Assembly: GCA_025463865.1 (NCBI GenBank)
Contig: JAODBH010000083.1
Coordinates: 1-61,335 of the forward strand
Source: Actinomycetes bacterium
Lineage (GTDB): Bacteria > Actinomycetota > Acidimicrobiia > IMCC26256 > Chersky-534
Direction of reading: 5' to 3'
DNA length: 61,335 bases
Positions 17,031 through 25,927 of this stretch are shown here, piece after piece (the first letter of the stretch is position 1; each line of letters opens with the position of its first letter). The notes beneath the pieces were generated by a model. That model saw nothing but the letters and a program-made list of their open reading frames with translations, searched no databases and was not told the origin of the DNA. The position numbers and the translations under genes were made by a program.

Positions 17031-18401
17031 CTAGTCGCGGGCCATGTTGGCGAACTTGGTGATGTGGTCGAGGAAGGCCAACCGCACCGTGCTGGTGGGA
17101 CCGTTGCGGTGCTTCGCCACGATGACCTCGGCGGTTCCGCGTTGGTCGGACTCGGGGTTGTAGATCTCGTCGCGGTACAGGAACATCACCACGTCGGCGT
17201 CCTGCTCGATGGAGCCCGATTCGCGCAGGTCGGCGAGCATCGGACGCTTGTCCTGGCGGTACTCCAGCTGACGGTTGAGCTGCGAGAGGGCGATGACCGG
17301 GCAGTCGAGCTCGCGGGCGAGGATCTTGAGCCCGCGCGAGAGCTCCGACACCTCGACCTGGCGGTTCTCCGAGCGCCCCGGTGTGCTCATCAGCTGGAGG
17401 TAGTCGACGATGACGACGCCGAGATCGCCGTGGCGGGCCTTCACCCGACGGGCCTTGGCCCGCATCTCCATGACGGTGCAGTGCGGGTTGTCGTCGATGA
17501 AGATCGGCGCTTCGGCGAGGCGGCCGACCGCCTGGGTCAGGCGGGTCCAGTCGGCCTCGGCGATGTTGCCGGTGGAGAGCTTCCGGGCCTCGACCCTGGC
17601 CTCGGCGGAGAGGAGCCGCTTGGTGAGCTCGAGGTTGCCCATCTCCATGGAGAAGAACATGACCGGCTTGCGGGCGACGAGGCCCACGTTCGCGGCCAGG
17701 CCGAGCGCGAACGCGGTCTTGCCCATGGCGGGGCGGGCGGCGACCACGATCAGCGCCGAGTTCTGCAGACCGAGGAGCAGGTCGTCGAGCTCGTGATACC
17801 CGCTCGGGCTGCCGGTGAGAATTCCTTCGCGGCCGTAGATCGACTCGAGCTGGTCGAGCGCCTTGTCGAGCGACGACCGCAGCTCGACCAGAGAGTCGGA
17901 GACGCGGCGCTCCGCGACCTCGAACACGAGCGACTCGGCGCGGTCCAACGTGTCGGCGACGTCGTCGGGCGCGTCGTAGCCCATCTCCGCGATTTCGCCC
18001 GCCACACCGATGAGGCGGCGAAGCAACGCGAGGTCGTTGACGATCTCGGCGTAGTGCCCGGCGTTCGCGGAAGCCGGCGTGCCGGCCTGGATGCGGAGGA
18101 TGGTTCCCTTCCCGCCGATGCCCTCGAGGAGTCCGGCGCGCCGCAGCTCCTCGGCCACCGTGACCGGGTCGACCGGTTCACCCTGGCCGTACAGCGCGAT
18201 CGCGGCCTCGAAGATGTGGCCGTGCGCGGGCTTGTAGAAGTCCTGCGCTTCGACGTGGTGCTCGACCGCGGCCGTGATCGCGTCCTTCGAGAGCAGCATC
18301 GCCCCCAGGATCGACTCTTCCGCTTCGAGGTTGTGCGGCGGTACGCGACCCGCGCCGGACGCCCTGCGATTGCTGCGAACCTCTTCGATCGACTGGACCA
18401 C
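17031..18401 (-). CDS. dnaB: Replicative DNA helicase DnaB (no intein)
   Basis: GTG 18401 preceded by AGGAG. PPHNLEAEESILGAML N-terminal domain, Walker A ARPAMGKTAF, and the RecA-like C terminus. The listed ORF to 18683 is an upstream extension. Confidence 0.92.
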   Translation of the reverse strand: MVQSIEEVRSNRRASGAGRVPPHNLEAEESILGAMLLSKDAITAAVEHHVEAQDFYKPAHGHIFEAAIALYGQGEPVDPVTVAEELRRAGLLEGIGGKGTILRIQAGTPASANAGHYAEIVNDLALLRRLIGVAGEIAEMGYDAPDDVADTLDRAESLVFEVAERRVSDSLVELRSSLDKALDQLESIYGREGILTGSPSGYHELDDLLLGLQNSALIVVAARPAMGKTAFALGLAANVGLVARKPVMFFSMEMGNLELTKRLLSAEARVEARKLSTGNIAEADWTRLTQAVGRLAEAPIFIDDNPHCTVMEMRAKARRVKARHGDLGVVIVDYLQLMSTPGRSENRQVEVSELSRGLKILARELDCPVIALSQLNRQLEYRQDKRPMLADLRESGSIEQDADVVMFLYRDEIYNPESDQRGTAEVIVAKHRNGPTSTVRLAFLDHITKFANMARD

Positions 18402-18501
18402 GCGTCTCCTGCGTCTTGCCCCGGCGGTGTGCGTCGGTGGGGGATGGAATCGTCGCACTGTTCGCCTGGGGATCAGAAGGGGCGCAACCCTGCGACTTTC
18501 C

Positions 18502-18541
18502 TGTGGACAACCGCTCTTCTCGTCCACAGACCGGTGGACAG
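18502..18541. promoter_or_regulatory. Cluster of three DnaA-box-like 9-mers upstream of dnaB
   Basis: TGTGGACAA (18502..18510, perfect complement of the actinobacterial box TTGTCCACA). TCGTCCACA (18520..18528, 1 mismatch). GGTGGACAG (18533..18541, 2 mismatches). They lie 101-140 nt upstream of the dnaB start. Confidence 0.45.
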
Positions 18542-18635
18542 TCCCATCATGCGCGCGCGCTGTGACAACTACGGCGGATGCGAACGCGCGCGGCGCCTCG
18601 ACGCGGCGTGCCGAGAGCCAGGCGCGTGCACGCGC

Positions 18636-18669
18636 GAGTCGGGCCCCGCGAAGACGCGGGGCCCGACTC
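18636..18669 (-). terminator. Strong GC hairpin between rplI and dnaB (terminator/attenuator candidate)
   Basis: Perfect 15-bp inverted repeat GAGTCGGGCCCCGCG-aaga-CGCGGGGCCCGACTC, 26 nt downstream of the rplI stop. No U-tract. Confidence 0.5.
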
Positions 18670-18694
18670 GTGTTCGCGATCACGTACCGGCGGG

Positions 18695-19141
18695 TCAGCC
18701 CTCGACGACGTCCACGCCGATGTTCACGACGACGTCCGAGTGCAGTCGCAGCGCGACCTCGTACTCGCCCAGCTCTTTGATGGAGTCGGGGAGCTGCAGC
18801 CGGCGACGATCGACGGCCTGACCCAACTGCGCACCGATCGCCTCGGCGACGTCGGCCGCGGTGACCGAGCCGAAGAGCTTGCCGCCCTCACCCGTGCGCA
18901 CCGCGACGGTGACACGATTCGTCGCGAGCTGCGTCGCGAGAGCCTGCGCCGCCTCGCGCTCACGCGCGTCACGGACCGACCGGCTGCGACGCATCGACTC
19001 GGCCTGCTGCACCGCGCCCTTGGTGGCGAGGATGGCGAGGCCGCGCGGCACGAGGAAGTTGCGCCCGTAGCCGTTGGCGACCTCGAGAAGGTCGCCCTTC
19101 TTGCCGAGGTTCTCCACGTCTTCGCGGAGCACGATCTTCAC
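18695..19141 (-). CDS. rplI: 50S ribosomal protein L9
   Basis: [36 protein letters not shown]. The GTG start overlaps the rpsR stop (GTGA). Confidence 0.92.
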   Translation of the reverse strand: MKIVLREDVENLGKKGDLLEVANGYGRNFLVPRGLAILATKGAVQQAESMRRSRSVRDAREREAAQALATQLATNRVTVAVRTGEGGKLFGSVTAADVAEAIGAQLGQAVDRRRLQLPDSIKELGEYEVALRLHSDVVVNIGVDVVEG

Positions 19142-19602
19142 GACGCGTCCTCGGCGAACTCGGCTTCCGTCACCACAGGCGTGGGCTCCTGCGCGACGCC
19201 CGAACCGTCCGGAGGCGGCGGCGGCGGGGTCGACGGGATCGCGTTGTCGACGACCTCACGCGGCATCTCGCGGTCGCGCTCGCGGTCGCCACGGTCACGA
19301 CCCCGGCCACCCTTGCGGCCCGGGTTCACCTGGCGAACGCTGTAGGGGAGCAACGCCATCTCACGCGCGACGCGAATGGCCCGGGCCACGGCGCGCTGCT
19401 GCTGCGCCGAGTTGCCCGTCACCCGCCGCGCACGGATCTTGGCCCGCTCGGACATGAACCGCCGGAGCAGGTTGACGTCCTTGTAGTCGATCCACTTGAT
19501 GCTCTCCGAGGTGAGCACCGAGATCTTCTTCTTCGGGGTGCGGCGCTTGTCGTTCGCCGCACCACCCTTCCGGTTGCGATCGCGATCGCGGTCTCTCGCC
19601 AT
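19138..19602 (-). CDS. rpsR: 30S ribosomal protein S18 with long N- and C-terminal extensions
   Basis: The core [50 protein letters not shown] is flanked by an RD-repeat N terminus and a roughly 70-aa Arg/Asp then Pro/acidic tail. 154 aa in total. Confidence 0.88.
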   Translation of the reverse strand: MARDRDRDRNRKGGAANDKRRTPKKKISVLTSESIKWIDYKDVNLLRRFMSERAKIRARRVTGNSAQQQRAVARAIRVAREMALLPYSVRQVNPGRKGGRGRDRGDRERDREMPREVVDNAIPSTPPPPPPDGSGVAQEPTPVVTEAEFAEDAS

Positions 19603-19644
19603 GCTGTTTCCGATTCCTCGTAGGACTGCCGGGACGGACCCGGA

Positions 19645-20133
19645 CTAGAAGGGCTCTTCGCCGAAGTCGTCGTAGCTCGGGCCGGCGCCGCCGCCGCCGC
19701 CTGCGGGCGCAGTTGCCGCGGCGGGTTGGGGACGGCTTGCGCCGCCCCCTCCCCCGAAGTCGCCACCGCGGCGCTCGTTCTTGGTGACCTGCGCGTTGGC
19801 GTAGCGGAGACTCGGGCCGATCTCGTCGGCGATGATCTCGACGACCGAACGGCGGTTGCCGTCCTTGTCGTCGTAGCTGCGCTGTTCGAGGCGACCGGTG
19901 ACGATGACCCGACTGCCCTTGGGCAGGGACTCACTCGCGTTCTCGGCCATCTCCTGCCAGCACACGACGTCGAAGAACGACGTCGATTCCTGCCACTCGT
20001 TGGTCTTGCGATCCATCCACCGGCGGTTGACCGCCACGCCGAAGCGTGTGTTGGCCTGGCCGCTCGGCGTGAACCGGAGCTCGGGATCGCGGGTGACGTT
20101 TCCGACGATGGTGATGGTGCTGCTGCTCGCCAT
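19645..20133 (-). CDS. ssb: Single-stranded DNA-binding protein
   Basis: OB-fold N terminus (ITIVGNVTRDPELRFTPSG), Gly-rich linker and acidic tip DDFGEEPF. Confidence 0.92.
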   Translation of the reverse strand: MASSSTITIVGNVTRDPELRFTPSGQANTRFGVAVNRRWMDRKTNEWQESTSFFDVVCWQEMAENASESLPKGSRVIVTGRLEQRSYDDKDGNRRSVVEIIADEIGPSLRYANAQVTKNERRGGDFGGGGGASRPQPAAATAPAGGGGGAGPSYDDFGEEPF

Positions 20134-20142
20134 GGTTCCTCC

Positions 20143-20478
20143 CTATGCCTCCGCCGCCGCGGTGCTCGCACCCTTGGGAGGCCCGTAGACCTCCGGCGGG
20201 ATGCGCAGCACCTTGTGACGGATGACCTCATCAGCAAGGGAAAGGACCCGGTGCAGCTCGTCCATCGCCGGGGGATCAGCCATCGCCTGGAGGACCACGT
20301 AGAAGCCCTCCGTCTTGTGGTTGATCTCGTAGGCGAATCGCCGCTTGCCCCACAGGTCGAGGTACCCGGGCTCGGCGCCCCGGTCCTTGATCAGCTGGGT
20401 GTAGCGGTCGACGTTGGACCGGATCGCTTCCTCGTCCAGATCCGCGTCGAGAATGATCATGACCTCGTACGGCCGCAA
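20143..20478 (-). CDS. rpsF: 30S ribosomal protein S6
   Basis: TTG start (MRPYEVMIILDADLDEE) preceded by AGGAGG. Conserved rpsF-ssb-rpsR-rplI order. Confidence 0.9.
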   Translation of the reverse strand: MRPYEVMIILDADLDEEAIRSNVDRYTQLIKDRGAEPGYLDLWGKRRFAYEINHKTEGFYVVLQAMADPPAMDELHRVLSLADEVIRHKVLRIPPEVYGPPKGASTAAAEA

Positions 20479-20666
20479 GGGCTGTACCTCCTTCGGACCG
20501 CAGCGGCGCTGCGGGCCCCTGGCTTCGGGAACCCCGGATGGGTTGCCGGCAAGGGGCAGGTTCGGTTGAACCGGGCGAGGCTACCAGAGGACCTCGACGC
20601 GTCCTATCGGGAGAGACGCTACCGGCGGGGTGTGACGCTTATCCAGGCGCGTGGCGTGCCGTTGCA

Positions 20667-21176
20667 TCAACCGCAGGGGACCAGCGCGCCCGCTGGGAGT
20701 CGCTCGGCCGTGGTCTCGATCGCGTAGCGGAACGGGTCCCGCGCCCGGTAGACGGGACAGCCGGCGTCGTCTCCCGGGCACGGCGTCATGCGGAAGCCGT
20801 CGATCCGCCTGCCGGCGGCGTCGTAGAAGCCGATCGTCAACGGGACCAGCGTGCCCGACATCGTGAAGGCGGTGGTCGTCGGGCCCGGGAACCGGAACAG
20901 CATCGCGTCGTACCCACCCAGGTCGGCGCGGGCCCGTAGGCCCTCCTCCTGCTCGGCCTCGGTGTCGGCGACGACCACGTGCAGGCACTGGTCGCCGATC
21001 CGGACGCGTGTCGCGGTGAGACCCCCGAACGGCGCGCTCGCGCGCGTGGTGCGGGCGATCCGCGCGGAGAGCGCGCCCGCGCGAGCGGGTGCCGACCCGC
21101 CGCTTGCCCCGCCACAGCCGTACATGACCACGCCCGCGAGCACCACCGCGAGCAGGCTCGCGACCGTTGTGCGCAT
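20667..21176 (-). CDS. DUF192 domain protein, probably exported
   Basis: EEGLRARADLGGYDAMLFRFP....FTM..T.VPL.IGFYDA.G matches the DUF192 pattern. Start set at ATG 21176 (MRTTVASLLAVVLAGVVMYG-C signal/lipobox-like). The ORF is open to 21230. Confidence 0.6.
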   Translation of the reverse strand: MRTTVASLLAVVLAGVVMYGCGGASGGSAPARAGALSARIARTTRASAPFGGLTATRVRIGDQCLHVVVADTEAEQEEGLRARADLGGYDAMLFRFPGPTTTAFTMSGTLVPLTIGFYDAAGRRIDGFRMTPCPGDDAGCPVYRARDPFRYAIETTAERLPAGALVPCG

Positions 21177-21237
21177 GCGGGCGCGGGTACACGCGCCCGG
21201 CCGCGATCGGCCGACCGCGCGCGCGGTCACCCTGGGT

Positions 21238-22116
21238 TCACGCGGGAGCGGATTCGCTTCGCCCGTAGACGGCGACGGCCTCCGTGACGCTGTCGGACGC
21301 GTGGTAGGTCTCGGTTGCAGCCGGGAACGAGCCGTCGCGGACGTCGGCGACGAACCGGCGCAGGGCGTCGGTGGAGGCGTCTTCCATCGCGGCGTACTGG
21401 CGCACGAACTTCGGCACCCGACGGCCGCTCAAGCCGAGCAGGTCGTGGTACACGAGCACCTGCCCGTCGCAGTGACGACCGGCGCCGATGCCGATGATGG
21501 GCACGCCGACCGAGTCGGTGACGAGGCGGGCCACGGCGTCGGGAACGCACTCGAGCACGATCGCGAAGCAACCGGCCTCGGCGAGCGCGATCGCGTCGTC
21601 GACGATGACCCGGGCCGCGTCCAGCTGCTTGCCTTGGACCCGGAACCCACCGAGGGCGTGGACCGACTGCGGAGTGAGGCCGACGTGGCCCATGACAGGG
21701 ATCTCGGCATCGAGGATCGCCTCGACCATCGGCACGCGCTTGCGGCCCCCCTCGAGCTTCACCGCGGCGGCGCCGGCGCGGACGAGTGTCGCGGCGTTGC
21801 GCACGGTGTCCTCGGTGGAGAGGTGGTAGCTCATCCACGGCAGGTCGCCGACGACGAGCGCGCGGGGCTTCGTCCGCGCGACCGCCGCGATGTGGTGGGC
21901 CATGTCGTCGGTGGTGACCTGCAGGGTGTCGTCGTAACCGAGGACGACCATGGCGAGCGAGTCGCCGACGAGGATCATGTCGGCACCGGACTCGTCCACC
22001 ACCCGGGCCGACGGAGCGTCGTACGCGGTGATCATGACGAGCGGTTCGTCGGATCCCTTGCGCGCCTGCACCTGGGGTGCGGTCACGTGTGGGCTCGAAG
22101 CAGCCTGGACAGCCAT
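21238..22116 (-). CDS. panB: 3-methyl-2-oxobutanoate hydroxymethyltransferase
   Basis: MITAYDAPSARVVDESGADMILVGDSLAMVVLGYDDT, AVKLEGG and GHVGLTPQS motifs. ATG 22116 preceded by GGAGG. Confidence 0.9.
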   Translation of the reverse strand: MAVQAASSPHVTAPQVQARKGSDEPLVMITAYDAPSARVVDESGADMILVGDSLAMVVLGYDDTLQVTTDDMAHHIAAVARTKPRALVVGDLPWMSYHLSTEDTVRNAATLVRAGAAAVKLEGGRKRVPMVEAILDAEIPVMGHVGLTPQSVHALGGFRVQGKQLDAARVIVDDAIALAEAGCFAIVLECVPDAVARLVTDSVGVPIIGIGAGRHCDGQVLVYHDLLGLSGRRVPKFVRQYAAMEDASTDALRRFVADVRDGSFPAATETYHASDSVTEAVAVYGRSESAPA

Positions 22117-22200
22117 TCGGAACCTCCAACCGTCCCGGGCACACACGGCTCCAGGCGGCGAGGCGGAGATTAGCGGGGCGGGCCGGTTCCGGGAAACGCG

Positions 22201-22566
22201 CTAGCCGGCGTGCCGGCGGCCGAGCAGGTAGTGGTGGTCGAGGTGGTTCCAGCCGCAGTCGACGCAGACCTCGACGACGTAGCAGGTGAGCTCGTCGACG
22301 GACTCGCCGAGCCGGGCCAGCTCCACCGGCGTGGCGATGCACCGGCCGTTCGCCGCCTTGAGCCCGTCGCCGTAGACGTAGGAGACCATGCGCACGGCGC
22401 GGTGCTCGCAGATCGGGCACGTGCGGTCGGTCTTCTCGCCGATGTGGCGCCCGGCGCGCACCAGCTCGGGGTGGGCGTCGCACACATCGAGACGGGTGAG
22501 TGCTCCGCGACGGAAGTCGCGCAGGACGGCTCGACGGGCGAGTGCGTAGTCGACGGGGTGACGCAC
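22201..22566 (-). CDS. DUF5318-like Cys-rich protein (conserved partner of the PadR/ino1 unit)
   Basis: VDYALARRAVL..F..G...R.DVCDAHP.L...A.........CPIC......V.YVYGD....NGR and C-terminal VCVDCGWNH. GTG 22566 chosen; start uncertain. Confidence 0.6.
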   Translation of the reverse strand: MRHPVDYALARRAVLRDFRRGALTRLDVCDAHPELVRAGRHIGEKTDRTCPICEHRAVRMVSYVYGDGLKAANGRCIATPVELARLGESVDELTCYVVEVCVDCGWNHLDHHYLLGRRHAG

Positions 22567-22656
22567 GGGCAGAAGTGTACCGGCGTGCCCCCCGCTGCCA
22601 ACCCCCGCGCCCGGGGGTGTGCTTGACGGTCGCCACGGTCTCGGCAATACTCCCCT

Positions 22657-22680
22657 CCGATATATCGAGCCGATATATCC
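22657..22680. promoter_or_regulatory. Tandem AT-rich palindromic boxes (candidate PadR operator and/or -10 element)
   Basis: CCGATATATCG (22657..22667, core CGATATATCG is a perfect palindrome) and CCGATATATCC (22670..22680), 13-bp register. This is the only AT-rich stretch in the divergent DUF5318/PadR gap and ends 10 nt before the PadR ATG, which has no SD. Confidence 0.5.
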
Positions 22681-22690
22681 AAGACCACAA

Positions 22691-23365
22691 ATGGAGCGCG
22701 AATCGCCGCCGCTCCCCTCCCCCGCCGTCTCCGTCCCCGTCCTCGAAAGGCCCCCGTTGCTGGAGCTCGCCATCCTGGGACTGCTGAAAGAGCAGCCCCT
22801 GCACGGCTACGAGCTGAAGAAGCGCCTGAGCGAGACGCTCGGGTTCCTCTGGGGCGTCTCGTTCGGTTCCCTGTACCCGGCGCTGCGCAGGCTCGAGCGG
22901 TCGGGAGCGATCGAGGTCGCCGACGACGCCGAGCCCGGGCCGGCGATCTCGGTCCCGTCGACGGGGTCGGTTGCGGGCGAAGCCGCGGCCGCCCGTCTGC
23001 GGCGCATGGCCAAGCCGTCCCGCCGGACCCGCAAGGCCTACCGGATCACCCCGCAGGGTGAAGCGCTCTTCGCCGAACTCCTGGCCGACGACGGCCCGAA
23101 CACCGACGACGAGCGCTCCTTCACCCTGAAGCTCGCGTTCGCCCGCCACCTCCCCCAGCCCACGCGCCTGGCGTTCCTGGAGCGCCGCCGCGCAGCCCTC
23201 ACGGCCCAATTGGTCGAGGCGCGCCGCACGCACGGGCCGGTCATCGATCGCTACACCCGCTCCCTCGTGGAGCACCGAACCCAATCCACCGAGCAAGACC
23301 TCGCGTGGGTCGAAGAGCTGATCGCCGCTGAGCGCACAGCCCGAGAAGAAGGAGCGTCCGCATGA
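22691..23365 (+). CDS. PadR family transcriptional regulator
   Basis: [52 protein letters not shown] is a winged-helix PadR signature. The stop overlaps the ino1 start (ATGA). Confidence 0.85.
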   Translation: MERESPPLPSPAVSVPVLERPPLLELAILGLLKEQPLHGYELKKRLSETLGFLWGVSFGSLYPALRRLERSGAIEVADDAEPGPAISVPSTGSVAGEAAAARLRRMAKPSRRTRKAYRITPQGEALFAELLADDGPNTDDERSFTLKLAFARHLPQPTRLAFLERRRAALTAQLVEARRTHGPVIDRYTRSLVEHRTQSTEQDLAWVEELIAAERTAREEGASA

Positions 23366-24438
23366 GCGGCAGGATCCGTGTGGCCATCGCCGGCATCGGG
23401 AACTGCTCGAGCAGCCTGATCCAGGGCGTCGAGTACTACCGCAACGCCGACCCCAACGAGTCGGTGCCAGGCCTCATGCACGTGGTGCTCGGCGGGTACC
23501 ACGTGGGCGACGTCGACTTCGTCGCCGCCTTCGACGTCGACGACACCAAGGTCGGCGAGGACCTCGGCAAGGCGATCTTCAAAGGCCACAACAACACGAT
23601 TCGCTTCGCCGAGGTGCCATCGCTCGGCATCACGGTGCAGCGCGGCCCGACCCTCGACGGCTGGGGCAAGTACTACAAGGAGTCCTGCGAGGAGTCACCG
23701 CTCCCCGCGATCGACGTCGCCCAGGCCCTCCGCGACGCCAAGGCCGACGTGCTCGTCAGCTACCTGCCCGTCGGGTCCGAGGACGCGCAGCGCTATTACG
23801 CGCAGGCCGCGATCGACGCCGGCGTCGCGTTCGTGAACGCCATCCCGGTGTTCATCTCGAGCGAGCCCGAGTGGGCGAAGAAGTTCACCGACGCGGGCGT
23901 CCCGATCGTCGGCGACGACATCAAGAGCCAGGTCGGCGCCACCATCGTCCACCGCATCCTGGCCCGGCTCTTCGAGGACCGCGGCATGGTCCTCGACCGG
24001 ACCTACCAGCTCAACGTCGGCGGCAACATGGACTTCAAGAACATGCTCGAGCGCGACCGCCTCGAGTCCAAGAAGATCTCGAAGACCCAGGCCGTCACCA
24101 GCCAGATCACCCACGGCATCGAGGCCAACGACGTCCACATCGGACCATCGGACCACGTGCCGTGGCTCGACGACCGCAAGTGGGCCTACATCCGCCTGGA
24201 GGGCCGCGCCTTCGGTGACGTTCCGCTCAACCTGGAGCTCAAGCTCGAGGTGTGGGACTCGCCGAACTCCGCCGGCGTCATCATCGACGCGCTGCGCTGC
24301 GCCAAGCTCGCGCTCGACCGGGGCATCGGCGGCCCGCTGCTCGGCCCGTCGGCCTACTTCATGAAGAGCCCGCCGGTGCAGTACACCGACGAAGAGGCTC
24401 ACAACATGGTGGAGGCGTTCGCCCGCGGCGACGCCTGA
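23362..24438 (+). CDS. ino1: Inositol-3-phosphate synthase
   Basis: [32 protein letters not shown], and the actinobacterial Ino1 length (358 aa). Confidence 0.92.
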   Translation: MSGRIRVAIAGIGNCSSSLIQGVEYYRNADPNESVPGLMHVVLGGYHVGDVDFVAAFDVDDTKVGEDLGKAIFKGHNNTIRFAEVPSLGITVQRGPTLDGWGKYYKESCEESPLPAIDVAQALRDAKADVLVSYLPVGSEDAQRYYAQAAIDAGVAFVNAIPVFISSEPEWAKKFTDAGVPIVGDDIKSQVGATIVHRILARLFEDRGMVLDRTYQLNVGGNMDFKNMLERDRLESKKISKTQAVTSQITHGIEANDVHIGPSDHVPWLDDRKWAYIRLEGRAFGDVPLNLELKLEVWDSPNSAGVIIDALRCAKLALDRGIGGPLLGPSAYFMKSPPVQYTDEEAHNMVEAFARGDA

Positions 24439-24449
24439 CGCACCACCGG

Positions 24450-25169
24450 TCAGCTCGAGGCGGTGAGCTCCTGCAACGCGGCCCAGACCGCGTCGAGTCC
24501 CGAACCGTCGGCTCCTACAAGCAGTGCACGCGGCTCTTCGTCCATCGGCATCTCGCCGACCAGGACGGGGAGCCGCGCCGCGTGCAGGAGTGGCAGGTCC
24601 GAGCGCGAGTCGCCGAACGCCACCACCACCGAGTGCGTCGCGGCGACGGCCCGGACGGTTGCGGCCTTCTCGCGGGCCAGGCCGGTGTTGTGGGCCACCG
24701 TCCCGGCGTAGCGACCGTCACGCTCGTCGAGGAGGACCCCGAAGATCCGTCGGATCGGCAGCCGCCGCGCGTGCTCGCGGAGCACCGACTCGGGCGAGCC
24801 ACTGATCACCACCGGGTCGATGCCCATCGCGGCGATCCGCACGAGGAGCGGGGCGGCCCACGGCCGCAGCGAATCCACGTCGACCTCCACGAACGCCTCG
24901 GCCTGAGCAGCGATCTCCCCGACGGCGAGGCCTGACATCGCGGCCGCGTACGCGCCGACCACCCGTTCCACGAGGACGTCGTGGGTCGACGACCCCACGT
25001 GGTAGTCGAGGTACGCGGCGTCCATCGCCCGGTCCACCGCCGCGTCGAGGAGCCCCCGCTCCACGAGGAAGCCGGCGAACGCCCGGATGGTGGCCCGCTG
25101 GTGCAGGGTTCCGTCCCAGTCGAAGAGGGCGACGGCGGGCCGGGCCGGGCCGGACGGGGGCGAGGTCAC
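24450..25169 (-). CDS. HAD-superfamily (subfamily IB-like) hydrolase/phosphatase
   Basis: Motif I ALFDWDGTL, later ISGS, and FGDSRSDLPLL (motif IV-like). GTG start. Confidence 0.7.
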   Translation of the reverse strand: MTSPPSGPARPAVALFDWDGTLHQRATIRAFAGFLVERGLLDAAVDRAMDAAYLDYHVGSSTHDVLVERVVGAYAAAMSGLAVGEIAAQAEAFVEVDVDSLRPWAAPLLVRIAAMGIDPVVISGSPESVLREHARRLPIRRIFGVLLDERDGRYAGTVAHNTGLAREKAATVRAVAATHSVVVAFGDSRSDLPLLHAARLPVLVGEMPMDEEPRALLVGADGSGLDAVWAALQELTASS

Positions 25170-25225
25170 CGCCGGAAGGTAGCGGAATGGCGCACAGCCC
25201 CCGGCGCTCGGGCCAGGATGAGGGA

Positions 25226-25900
25226 ATGAACGAATCGGTGGCCTACGGGCCCGACCTCCCGTCGGAACACGAGTTGCGCCTCCTGGGCGACCTCAGCGGC
25301 AAGCGAGTGCTGGAGCTCGGCTCCGGCGACGGACACACCTCCGTGGCTCTCGCCGCGGCCGGCGCTCGGGTGATCACGATCGAACGGGACGAGCTCCGAA
25401 GCGGGGACAACGCCGCGAAGGCCGAGGCCGCGGGCGTGAAGGTCGAGTGGCGCGAAGGCGACCTCGCCGACCTCGCGTTCCTCCGGGCCGACTCGATCGA
25501 CCTCGCCTGCAGCGTGCTCGCGCTCGCCGAGGTGGAGGACCTCAACCGCGTCTTCCGGCAGGTGCACCGCGTGCTCCACGCGGGTTCGGCGTTCGTCTTC
25601 TCGTACCCCCATCCGATGGCGCTCAGCGTCGGGCGCGACATCGTGGACGTCACCGAAGGGGCGCTTCCGCTGGGACCGCTGCAGGTGAAGCGGGCCTACT
25701 CGGACCCGAACCCGGTGCTGTCACGCCGCGCCGGGCAGGACGTGCTCGTGATCCCACGGACCGTCAGCGACCTGTTCGGCGGCCTGGGCCGCGCGGGCTT
25801 CCGCGTCGAGGTCCTCCTCGAGCTCGAGTCGCAGACGTCGGAGCTCTTCACGCCGGTACCCAGCACGCTGATCCTGCGGGCCCGCAAAGAAGGCGTCTGA
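25226..25900 (+). CDS. Class I SAM-dependent methyltransferase
   Basis: VLELGSGDGHTSVALAAAGARVITIE (motif I plus acidic end) and IDLACSVLALAEV. Start ATG 25226 chosen; the ORF is open from 25187. Confidence 0.7.
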   Translation: MNESVAYGPDLPSEHELRLLGDLSGKRVLELGSGDGHTSVALAAAGARVITIERDELRSGDNAAKAEAAGVKVEWREGDLADLAFLRADSIDLACSVLALAEVEDLNRVFRQVHRVLHAGSAFVFSYPHPMALSVGRDIVDVTEGALPLGPLQVKRAYSDPNPVLSRRAGQDVLVIPRTVSDLFGGLGRAGFRVEVLLELESQTSELFTPVPSTLILRARKEGV

Positions 25901-25927
25901 GCGGGAGCACCGCGACGCTCCCGTTGG

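Noticed and set aside
17031-18401. Checked dnaB for an intein, which is common in actinobacterial DnaB.
   Set aside because: The 456-aa product is colinear with intein-free DnaB. No extra insertion follows the Walker A region.
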